Assembly (NCBI GenBank): GCA_044225365.1
Contig: JBGAIQ010000079.1
Location: 1-21,469 of the forward strand
DNA: 21,469 nt
Direction: 5' to 3'
Source: Planctomycetota bacterium
Lineage (GTDB): Bacteria > Planctomycetota > B15-G4 > JADJEK01
This document shows positions 5,609-13,695 of this stretch, piece by piece (the stretch's first letter is position 1; each line of letters opens with the position of its first letter). The notes under the pieces were generated by a model, which was given only the letters and a program-made list of their open reading frames with translations, was not told the origin of the DNA and searched no databases. The position numbers were made by a program, and so were the translations under genes.

Positions 5609-7840
5609 TCACTGGAACTTGATGCTGACGGTGTCCGACACCTTGAACTTCTGGGTGTACTTCGGCGGTCCGCAGAAGGTGCCGGTCGCGTTCGAGGGCA
5701 GGACATCGATCGCTTGCAGCGCGATCGTGAAACCGACCAGCGTCGGAGAGCAGGGCAATTGCGAGCCGACGATCGTCGGGACGGAGAGGATCGAAACGAT
5801 GTTCACCCCGAGCTTGCACCCCACGGCCTGACCCGGGCACATTGCGACCGGTGCAGTCGGGAATCCGATGCAGAGGAGCGCCGTGGGGCTCGAGGCATTT
5901 CCGATCAACACTTGGAAGCTGCCGCCGACTTCGGCGGTGGTGCTGGTGAGTAGGAGCGGCTCGGGAGAACCGCATCCGGTTTGAACCGTCGACACGATCC
6001 CGCCCGGTTGGAGCGTGGAGCGCAGCGCGCCTTCGATGTCCTTCTTGCTCGAGGTCGGCGACGGGAGCGACCAGGTGAGGAGGACGTCGCCGCCCTTCTT
6101 GAACTGCGTCGTCACGACTCCGAGTTCGCTTTCGGTGAGTCCGAACGTGCCATGGGTTGCGGGACCATCGACGATCGTGACCTGGAATGGACTCGCCATC
6201 GAGGCGACCATCGTCGTGGTCGAGACCCGTTTCGACGTCACGAAGTCCGGCTCCTGATACGCGAACGTGAACCGACAGCCTTCGGAGCCAACGGCCGGAT
6301 CCGTCTGGTCCGCGGTTTCGGTCGGGCCGTTGATGAACTTCGTGAGATTGACCGCGCCGACCGAAGCGAGCGTACTCGCCGTCGGCGCGACGAGGAACGT
6401 GCCGACGATGTCGATGTCGCCGAGGGAAGATCGCGTCTCGCGCACGACCAGCCAGTTCGTCCCGTCGCCATCGACGTCGGCGTGGAATTCGTCGGCGAGC
6501 ACGTTCGTCTCGATGATCTGGAGCGCGCCGAGCTTGCTCCCGCCTTCGGAGACCATCTGCGCGTCGAGGAAGCGGTTCTGGGTTCCGAGTGTCTCCCAGC
6601 AGACGACGTAGCGGCCCGCGCTGCCCGCACTCTTCGAGATGCGCGCGCCGTCGACCAGATTGCCGGCGCCGAAGAAGACGTCGCTGCCGAGACTGTTGCC
6701 GAGTTCGTCGATCGCGCGGCCGTGGGTTTCATTGGTCCCGATGAGCGGGTCTTCGCTCCAGACGACGAAGAAGGGACGCGAGATGAGGTTCGGCGACGCG
6801 CCCACGTCCGGCTTCGTCTCGTTGTTGGCGCCCGTGGAGATGTCGAACGCCGCGGCCTGGACCCCGGTGGTCTCGATCCGCCGCCTCCCGCGGATCACGT
6901 TGTCCGAGAACAATGAGCCGTCCGAGAGCTGGTTCCACACGATCATGAAGCTGCTGCCATGCGCGGCGACCGCGGGATCCACGGTGTTCTCCGCCGTGAC
7001 CTCGACGGACAGGGTCTCGAGGAAGTTGCCGTCCGTGTCGAAACGGCGCGAAATGATGTCGTGGTCCGTCGCGGAGAACACGCGCTCGTACACCACGAGG
7101 TAGCTTTCGAGGCCGAACGCCGCGTCGGGATGGAATTCGTCCGTCGCGTCGACGGCGACCGTGACGTTCGCGATCAATGGATCGATGACGAGGGGATAAG
7201 CGGCGCTTGCGAGCGCAGCCGCCGGCACGCGCAGCGCGAGACGCCCGTTCGTCGATTCGACCGCGACGGCGCTCTGCCGACCCCTGGCGTCGACGAGCGT
7301 CGCATGGCCGTAGCGGATCTCGCCCACGCCTGGCATCGCGAAGCGCAGCCCCGTCGAATCCTCGCCCGCGGCCGCGAGATCGGTCTTGGATCCGAAGTCG
7401 AGGACCAGGTCCCCCTGCCCGAGCGGATGGTCGATCACGAAGATCTGCTCCACCTCCCCCGGCGCCAATTTCCAGCGCTCGATGATCGGGCCTCGGTCGT
7501 ACTCGACGACGTCGGCGCCGATCTGCGCAGCTTCGGGGCGAGCGAATCCGACGGGCGTGCCGCCGACGCTCATCCCCATGAGCGAGACGTCGAGCGTCGG
7601 CGTGCGGGGCGCCCGCGACCCGAATTGCGGGTGGTAGGTGGTGCGATCGGCCGCGAAGCGCATCTTCCAATCGGCGCCAAGCACCCAGAGAGTCCCGTCC
7701 GCCGCACGGTCGGCGAGCACGCTCTCTGGCAGTTTCTGCGCGAGCGCCTTCTCCACCGTCGCGGGGAGGTCGCCCGCGAACGAGGCCGTCGCGACGCAGT
7801 TCAGAGCCAGGGTGCACAAGAGCGCGATCGGGGGACGCAT
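5609..7840 (-). CDS. Large exported multidomain hypothetical protein, 743 aa
   Basis: GAGG RBS and signal peptide MRPPIALLCTLALNCVATASFA. N-terminal domain ends in YPLVIDP; central repeats (P-x-V/A...YLVVYE, FMIVWN, FFVVWS, YVVCWE, WLVVRE) suggest a beta-propeller; Cys-containing C-terminal module. Confidence 0.85.
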   Translation of the reverse strand: MRPPIALLCTLALNCVATASFAGDLPATVEKALAQKLPESVLADRAADGTLWVLGADWKMRFAADRTTYHPQFGSRAPRTPTLDVSLMGMSVGGTPVGFARPEAAQIGADVVEYDRGPIIERWKLAPGEVEQIFVIDHPLGQGDLVLDFGSKTDLAAAGEDSTGLRFAMPGVGEIRYGHATLVDARGRQSAVAVESTNGRLALRVPAAALASAAYPLVIDPLIANVTVAVDATDEFHPDAAFGLESYLVVYERVFSATDHDIISRRFDTDGNFLETLSVEVTAENTVDPAVAAHGSSFMIVWNQLSDGSLFSDNVIRGRRRIETTGVQAAAFDISTGANNETKPDVGASPNLISRPFFVVWSEDPLIGTNETHGRAIDELGNSLGSDVFFGAGNLVDGARISKSAGSAGRYVVCWETLGTQNRFLDAQMVSEGGSKLGALQIIETNVLADEFHADVDGDGTNWLVVRETRSSLGDIDIVGTFLVAPTASTLASVGAVNLTKFINGPTETADQTDPAVGSEGCRFTFAYQEPDFVTSKRVSTTTMVASMASPFQVTIVDGPATHGTFGLTESELGVVTTQFKKGGDVLLTWSLPSPTSSKKDIEGALRSTLQPGGIVSTVQTGCGSPEPLLLTSTTAEVGGSFQVLIGNASSPTALLCIGFPTAPVAMCPGQAVGCKLGVNIVSILSVPTIVGSQLPCSPTLVGFTIALQAIDVLPSNATGTFCGPPKYTQKFKVSDTVSIKFQ

Positions 7841-7888
7841 GATGAATCCTCGTGTCGTTGGGGTGTCCGCCCACGGACGAGATTCATC
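7841..7888 (-). promoter_or_regulatory. 5'-UTR hairpin covering the RBS of the 743-aa gene
   Basis: Arms GATGAATC-TCGT ... ACGA-G-GATTCATC end directly at the ATG. Confidence 0.5.
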
Positions 7889-7998
7889 GAGATCTGCGAC
7901 AAGAAGGAGCGGATTTCCTGCGCGGTGGACCGGGGCCGACTCCGAATGGACTGCTCCCGCATCGACCAGGGCGATGGGAGTGAATCGGGGGGACGGGC

Positions 7999-8562
7999 TC
8001 AGGATCCGTCGGACTTCTCGTTCGGCAATGGGAGGCCGAGCATGCCGCTCACTTCCTCGAGCTCGGGAGGCGGAAGGTGCTGGCTGTGGAAGTACCCGAG
8101 GATTTCACGCGACTCGCGAGCGCACGTCAGGAATGCGCTGCTTCCCTGCAGCCGGTAGCTGCTGTTCGATCGGAACTCGATCGCGGTCACCTCGTCGAAC
8201 GTCCAAGTCCATTTGCGAAAGACGAAGCCCAGCGCCGTCACCCGCCACTCGATCTTGCGGGTGAAGGGATCGAACGTCACGGACGCTCGATAGACCGCCT
8301 GCCAGAATCCCCAGAGGGCGAGGAGCAGTCCGGGGACGATCGCTCCTGCTCCCGTCGAAGGCTCGTTCTCCGTTCCCCCGTGGAGCGAGTACTCGATCCA
8401 CTGAACGGCCACGATCGTCGTGGGCAGCATCGCGATGAGTGTGACGAAGACCCCGAACGCCTTGCGCAGACCTTGCGTTCCTTCCACCGAGAAGGTGAGG
8501 ACTCGGGGCTCCGCCACCGTTTCGCTCGTGCGCGACGACATCGTGCGTTTCTTGCGAGACAT
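7999..8562 (-). CDS. Hypothetical membrane protein (2 TM segments plus a beta-rich C-terminal domain), 187 aa
   Basis: AAGGAG RBS. Hydrophobic segments AFGVFVTLIAMLPTTIVAVQWI and GAGAIVPGLLLALWGFW. The tail (SVTFDP..RKIEWR..WTFDEVTAIEF) resembles bacterial PH-like membrane proteins. Confidence 0.75.
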   Translation of the reverse strand: MSRKKRTMSSRTSETVAEPRVLTFSVEGTQGLRKAFGVFVTLIAMLPTTIVAVQWIEYSLHGGTENEPSTGAGAIVPGLLLALWGFWQAVYRASVTFDPFTRKIEWRVTALGFVFRKWTWTFDEVTAIEFRSNSSYRLQGSSAFLTCARESREILGYFHSQHLPPPELEEVSGMLGLPLPNEKSDGS

Positions 8563-8603
8563 CGTGCGCTCCTTCCGAAGATCGATCCACGAGATGGTCG
8601 GGG

Positions 8604-8609
8604 ATCCTA
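8604..8609 (-). promoter_or_regulatory. Candidate -10 element (TAGGAT) for the membrane protein gene
   Basis: TAnnnT immediately after the upstream stop codon, about 40 nt before the ATG. Confidence 0.35.
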
Positions 8610-8610
8610 C

Positions 8611-9609
8611 TCAATTCAACTTCGACTCACCGCCGACGGTGATCAGGTCTTGGAACACGTTGTCCGGCCCGAAGCCCGTATCGAGCGTGAAGTCGTCCTG
8701 GACGTCGATCGCCTCCAGCGTGAGCTGATCGAAGCCAGCGCCGAGCGAGATCGACAGGTCGTCGCCCACGCTGACGTGCTCGACCTGAAGGGAATCGACG
8801 CCCGCACCGCCGAGGATCGTGAGGTCGTTCGCGAAGGAGTCGCCGTCCACGAACGCGGTATTGGACCCATCGCCGAGTTCGATCTTGGTGTCGGCGGCGA
8901 ATTCTGTCTGCTGGATCTGGAAGAAGTCGGTCCCCTTTCCGCCACGGATGCGCGTCTTTGCTTCGAATTCGGCGCTGAAGAGGTTCACCGAGTTCGAACC
9001 GTCGCCCAGTTTGAAGTCGACGTCGCCGTCGAAGAGGCAGGGTCCTTGCGTCGCGCTCACCGAGTCATCCCCGGACGACCCCACGATCGCGAGCTTGTCG
9101 CCGAACTCCGCAGAATCGAACACGACGACGTTCGCGAGACCGAACGCCGGCTTGCCGAGGGTGATCTTGGCGTCGTCCTTCACCAGCGTGTTCCGAAGGA
9201 CGAGGATCGTCGAGTCGGCGTGGGCGTCGATTCGCAGGTCGTTCGAGATCGTCGAGTCGGCGACGGTCAGTTTGCACCCGTGCTCGGCGTCGATCCGTAG
9301 ATCGTGGGGGACCGTGACCGAGGAAATCGAGATCGTCGCGAATTCGTCGAGGTCGATCCGAATGTCCTTGGTGACGCCGAAGACGACGAACGTCGCGCCG
9401 CCGTTGATGGTGGTCGTGATCCCCGAGAGCAAGTGCGACGAGATCCGGAAGGAGCCGGGCGGACCGTTCGGACTCACGTCGAACGCGCACAACTCGTGCG
9501 CCGAGAGGCGCAGCGAGTGGTCCTTGACCTCCGCCGTGACGTCCGCCGCGTGGGAGATGGGGGAAAGGACGAGGGACGAAACGGCGAGCGAGAGTACGGT
9601 GAGTCGCAT
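8611..9609 (-). CDS. Exported glycine/aspartate repeat (beta-helix/beta-roll-like) protein, 332 aa
   Basis: ATG at 9609 with AGGAGG RBS and signal peptide [21 protein letters not shown]. ~22-aa repeats carry [46 protein letters not shown] and GFGPDNV. Confidence 0.85.
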   Translation of the reverse strand: MRLTVLSLAVSSLVLSPISHAADVTAEVKDHSLRLSAHELCAFDVSPNGPPGSFRISSHLLSGITTTINGGATFVVFGVTKDIRIDLDEFATISISSVTVPHDLRIDAEHGCKLTVADSTISNDLRIDAHADSTILVLRNTLVKDDAKITLGKPAFGLANVVVFDSAEFGDKLAIVGSSGDDSVSATQGPCLFDGDVDFKLGDGSNSVNLFSAEFEAKTRIRGGKGTDFFQIQQTEFAADTKIELGDGSNTAFVDGDSFANDLTILGGAGVDSLQVEHVSVGDDLSISLGAGFDQLTLEAIDVQDDFTLDTGFGPDNVFQDLITVGGESKLN

Positions 9610-9762
9610 GTCATCCTCCTGGGTTCGACCAGGATGGAGGCGGAGGAACGGGTGGCTTCCGACAGAGATTCTTGGAACTCGCCGTCGACGTCGGTTCGGC
9701 CGAAATCGTGGGCATCGATCACAGCGGTTCTTCGGATCCGCGGCGCTGCGGGGTGCACTCGC

Positions 9763-9768
9763 TATCCT
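9763..9768 (+). promoter_or_regulatory. Candidate -10 element (TATCCT) 6 nt before the GTG; probable leaderless start
   Basis: gcTATCCTggcggaGTG, with no properly spaced SD. Confidence 0.5.
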
Positions 9769-9774
9769 GGCGGA

Positions 9775-11943
9775 GTGAACTCGCAAAACCTCATCATCGC
9801 CGCCTTCACCGTCGCTTTGTTCACCGCTCCGCTGTGCGCTCAGACGCAGCTCCCGGCTCCGTCATCGCCGCAGAACCACCTCGCGGGCGAGAAGTCGCCC
9901 TACCTGCTGGAGCACGCCTCCAATCCCGTCGACTGGTATCCGTGGAGCGACAAACCGTTCGCGAAGGCCAAGGCGGAGGGCAAGCTCGTCTTCCTCTCGA
10001 TCGGGTACTCCTCGTGTCACTGGTGCCATGTCATGGCGCGCGAGTCGTTCGAGGACGCCGAGATCGCAAAAGTCCTGAACGAGAACTTCGTGTCGATCAA
10101 GGTCGATCGCGAAGAGCGGCCCGACATCGATGCCGTCTACCTCGCCTACGTCGAGGGTCGCACGGGATCCGGTGGGTGGCCGATGACGGTGATCTTGACG
10201 CCGGATCGGCACCCGGTGTTCGGCGGAACGTACTTCCCGCCGCGCAATCGCGCCGGCGATCCGGGGCTTCTCGAACTCCTGAAGGCCGTCGAGGACGAGT
10301 GGAAGAAGAACCGCGCGGAAGTGGAGCAGTCGGGCGTCGCCGCAGTCGAATTGCTCACGAAGCAATTGGCGCCGGCGGAGCGCGACGACTGGCCGCCCGA
10401 TGTGCTCGCGCGCACGGTCGCGTTGTTCGTCGATCGCGCCGAACTCGATGCGAAGACGCCGCCGAGGGGCCCGCTCTTTCCGCAGCCGATGATGCTCGAA
10501 CTCCTCCTCATCGAGTACGGCAAGAGCGGCGACAAAGCCGCGCTCGCGACGTTGAAGAACGTGCTCGATGCGATGGAGAACGGTGGTATTCACGATCCGG
10601 TGGGCGGCGGCTTCTTCCGCTACAGCGTCGACGGCAAATGGCTCGTGCCGCACTTCGAGAAGATGCTCTACGTGAATGCGCTGCTCGCTCGGCTCTACCT
10701 GCTCGCCTTCCAGGCGACCGGCGAGGCGCGCTATGCCGTCACGGCACGCGACATCCTCGACTACCTGCTGCGCGATATGCAGCTCGATGGAGGCGGGTTC
10801 GCCGCCGCCCAGGACGCCGACAGCCGCGGACCCGACGGTGCGCTGGAGGAAGGTCGCTATTACACGTTCACGCCCGACGAACTGCGCGCGAGTCAGAGTT
10901 CCGAGGTCGCGGATTCGATCGTCAAGATCTTCAACCTGAGTGACAAAGGTCACGTCGGAGGCCGCTCTGTCCCCAATCGAATGGGGAAGGCTGGGTTCGA
11001 ACCCGTGGAGATCGCCAAAGCGCGCGAGTTGCTCTTCGAGTTGCGATCCCAACGGCCGCGTCCGCGGCGCGATGACAAGGTGCTCGCCGATTGGAACGGT
11101 CTCGCCATCTCCGCGTTCGCACTTGCGGGCCGAGTGCTCGGCGACGCGCGATATCGGGTGGCCGCCCGCGGCGCAGCGGATTTCGTGCTCACCAAGCTGT
11201 GGGACGGAACGAGCCAGTCCTTGCTACGACGGTATCGCGACGACGACAGCGCGATCCCGGGTCAGCTCTCCGACTACGCGTATCTGTGCCAGGGCCTGCT
11301 CGATCTCTACTCGACCGACCTCGATCCCCGCGACCTCAACTCCGCGGTCGAGCTCTGCGACTCGATGATCCTGAAATTCTATGACTCGAAGCGGACCGTG
11401 TTCTTCGACACTTCGAAGGATGGCGATGCATTGATCGTGCGACCCCGGGATGGGCGTGACAGCGCGCTACCCGCACCGACCGCCATCGCGCTGCGTTGCC
11501 TCCTGCGAGTCGCGCGACTCACCGGGCGCGGGGATCTCGAGTTCGTCGCCAAGAGCTGCCTCGGTCTCTACGCCAACGAAGTGCGGACGTCGATCATCGA
11601 GCACGCGGAACTCGTACACGTGGCGGAAGAGCTGGCGACGAAGCCGCGCGAGATCGTCTTCGCGGGTACGCGCCATTCGAAGGGGCTCGAGGCCCTCCTC
11701 AACGCCTGGTACAGCGCGCCGCGCCCAGGATTCGTCGTCGCCTTCGCACCGGAGGACGACGATTCCCGCGAGCAGTGCTGGCGCATCGAGGATCTGATCG
11801 AAGGACGCATCCCACAGGAAGGCAACGCTGCCGCCTACGTGTGCGAGAATCGCGTCTGCCAGGAGCCGATCCTCGATCCCGAGAAGCTCGCGAATCTGAA
11901 GATCCCGACCGAACCGGATGCTGCGAAGAAGAAGGGTCCGTGA
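9775..11943 (+). CDS. Thioredoxin domain-containing protein, YyaL/SSP411 (DUF255) family, 722 aa
   Basis: Motifs [91 protein letters not shown] and [11 protein letters not shown] 9775 chosen because the track start at 9304 overlaps the opposite-strand gene. Confidence 0.93.
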   Translation: MNSQNLIIAAFTVALFTAPLCAQTQLPAPSSPQNHLAGEKSPYLLEHASNPVDWYPWSDKPFAKAKAEGKLVFLSIGYSSCHWCHVMARESFEDAEIAKVLNENFVSIKVDREERPDIDAVYLAYVEGRTGSGGWPMTVILTPDRHPVFGGTYFPPRNRAGDPGLLELLKAVEDEWKKNRAEVEQSGVAAVELLTKQLAPAERDDWPPDVLARTVALFVDRAELDAKTPPRGPLFPQPMMLELLLIEYGKSGDKAALATLKNVLDAMENGGIHDPVGGGFFRYSVDGKWLVPHFEKMLYVNALLARLYLLAFQATGEARYAVTARDILDYLLRDMQLDGGGFAAAQDADSRGPDGALEEGRYYTFTPDELRASQSSEVADSIVKIFNLSDKGHVGGRSVPNRMGKAGFEPVEIAKARELLFELRSQRPRPRRDDKVLADWNGLAISAFALAGRVLGDARYRVAARGAADFVLTKLWDGTSQSLLRRYRDDDSAIPGQLSDYAYLCQGLLDLYSTDLDPRDLNSAVELCDSMILKFYDSKRTVFFDTSKDGDALIVRPRDGRDSALPAPTAIALRCLLRVARLTGRGDLEFVAKSCLGLYANEVRTSIIEHAELVHVAEELATKPREIVFAGTRHSKGLEALLNAWYSAPRPGFVVAFAPEDDDSREQCWRIEDLIEGRIPQEGNAAAYVCENRVCQEPILDPEKLANLKIPTEPDAAKKKGP

Positions 11944-11946
11944 GCC

Positions 11947-12351
11947 ATGACGCCAGATCGGAAGCCTCAGCGCAGGAACATCTCGAGCGGCGCGCCGTGG
12001 GAGCCCATCGTCGGCTACTCGCGCGCGGTTTGCGTGGGGCCGTACGTCCATGTGTCGGGGACGACCGCGACGAGTCCATCGGGCCTCATCGGCAAGGGCG
12101 ATGCCTACGCGCAGACGGTGCAGATCCTTTTGAACATCGGTGCCGCCCTCGAGAAGGCCGGCGCGCGACTCGACGATGTGGTGCGCACGCGGATCTACGT
12201 CACCGACATCTCGCAGTGGGAGGCCGTCGGGAAGGCGCACGGTGAGGTGTTCGGCGCGATCCGTCCCGCGACTTCGATGGTCGAGGTTCGCAAGCTGATC
12301 GATCCCGACATGCTCGTCGAGATCGAAGCGGACGCGTACGTCGGCAGTTGA
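11947..12351 (+). CDS. Rid (YjgF/YER057c/UK114) family protein
   Basis: Motifs [43 protein letters not shown] and LVEIEADA. Starts 3 bp after the upstream stop. Confidence 0.93.
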   Translation: MTPDRKPQRRNISSGAPWEPIVGYSRAVCVGPYVHVSGTTATSPSGLIGKGDAYAQTVQILLNIGAALEKAGARLDDVVRTRIYVTDISQWEAVGKAHGEVFGAIRPATSMVEVRKLIDPDMLVEIEADAYVGS

Positions 12352-12434
12352 GTCGATCCCGTGTTTCGATTCGAAGGCCCGGATGCGCCACACCGGTCGT
12401 TCCTGGAATCGTACGCTCTTCTCGAGGTCGATCG

Positions 12435-13655
12435 ATGTTGACACTCCTTGCGATCGTTTCGCTCGCCGTTCCGCCGGGCGATCACGACTACTTCCTCTCC
12501 GTCCCGTCGCTCGGCAGCGTGTTTCGCGTCGACGCCACGACCAAGCAGTCGACGCTCGTCGCCTCGGGTCTCGGCATCCCCTTCTATGGCTTCTTCGATG
12601 CCGCCGGCAACCTGTACCTCCCCGACCGCCTCTACGGCGCTATCTTCAAGATCGCACCCTCGGGGCAGCTCACGCCGCTCTCGGTCGGAGGATTGCTCAC
12701 GACGCCCGTGACGACCGTTCCCGATCCGAATGGCAACGGGATGATCGTGAGCGATCTCTTGAGCGATCGCCTGGTGCGCGTCGGCTTCGATGGTTCGCAG
12801 AGCATCTTTCTCGACGACGCCGCGGCGGGCGGACTGCTGGAGGGTCCGGGCGGTCTCGCGTTCGACGGCGACGGGAATCTCTACATCGCGAACAACCTGG
12901 GCAATTCGATCCTGAAGGTCGACCCGGCGCATCACGTGACGGTCTTCTCGAACTCGCCGTTGATCTCCGCGCCGGGAGGAATGGTCTGCGACGGATCGGG
13001 CAATCTGTTTTGCGCGATGTACAGCTACGCGACGATCGTTCGGTTTCGCCTCGATGATGCGAGCGCCGAGGACTTCGCCTTCGATCTCTCGATCATGTCG
13101 CATCCGAACGATCTGCGCCTTTCGCGGACCGGAGGTCTGCTCGCGACGAGCCGGCAATCGAACCTGATCCGCATCGACGCGCTCGGCAACCTCAGCGTCG
13201 AGTTCCAGGACACGAATTTCGGAGAGATCGACGGCATCGCGGTGCCGATCGATTCGACGCCGTGCAGCGGAACCTTCAAGTCCTATGGAAGCGGCATACC
13301 CGGGAGTCTCGGTATCACTCCGAAGCTGCGCGCGCTGTTCTCGCCGTGTCCCGGATTGCCCATCGCACTCGAATTGCGCGACTTCATCGGGAGTTCCCCA
13401 GCGTGGCTCGTCCTCGGGGTGAATCCGACGAACCTGCCGTTGCTCGGCGGCGCGCTGCTCGTCGATCCTGCCGCGCTCTTCGTCGTCGTTCCGTTCATGA
13501 TGCCGGGGAGCGGGAAACTCGTACTGCCGTTCGACACGGTCGCGGATCCCGCGTTCGTCGGAGTGAAGCTGTACTTCCAGGCACTCGCGTCGGATCCCGC
13601 CGCGGTCCACGGCATCTCGTTCTCGAACGGTCTCGTCGAGACGATCGGGAATTGA
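12435..13655 (+). CDS. Exported NHL/SMP-30-like beta-propeller protein with C-terminal module, 406 aa
   Basis: ATG at 12435 with GAGG RBS and a short hydrophobic N-terminus. Repeats FDAAGNLYL, GPGGLAFDGDGNLYIAN, APGGMVCDGSGNLF and HPNDLRL. Confidence 0.88.
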   Translation: MLTLLAIVSLAVPPGDHDYFLSVPSLGSVFRVDATTKQSTLVASGLGIPFYGFFDAAGNLYLPDRLYGAIFKIAPSGQLTPLSVGGLLTTPVTTVPDPNGNGMIVSDLLSDRLVRVGFDGSQSIFLDDAAAGGLLEGPGGLAFDGDGNLYIANNLGNSILKVDPAHHVTVFSNSPLISAPGGMVCDGSGNLFCAMYSYATIVRFRLDDASAEDFAFDLSIMSHPNDLRLSRTGGLLATSRQSNLIRIDALGNLSVEFQDTNFGEIDGIAVPIDSTPCSGTFKSYGSGIPGSLGITPKLRALFSPCPGLPIALELRDFIGSSPAWLVLGVNPTNLPLLGGALLVDPAALFVVVPFMMPGSGKLVLPFDTVADPAFVGVKLYFQALASDPAAVHGISFSNGLVETIGN

Positions 13656-13665
13656 CCCCGGTCGC

Positions 13666-13671
13666 TACATT
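13666..13671 (+). promoter_or_regulatory. Candidate -10 element (TACATT) upstream of the S41 peptidase gene
   Basis: TAnnnT in a 40-bp intergenic gap, followed by a GGAGG RBS. Confidence 0.35.
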
Positions 13672-13695
13672 CATCGTGACCTCGGAGGAACCACG

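Noticed and set aside
4170-5831. Long plus-strand ORF (553 aa) and other long alternative ORFs such as 2701-3900, 9862-11052, 12195-13610, 14269-16005, 15188-16660 and 19906-21336
   Set aside because: They are antisense or off-frame shadows of well-supported genes. High GC and TA depletion remove stop codons, and the translations are Arg-rich with no motifs.
9304-9774. Longer starts for the YyaL-like gene (9304) and the solenoid gene (9786)
   Set aside because: They would overlap each other head to head. Signal peptides and RBS or -10 elements support starts at 9775 and 9609.
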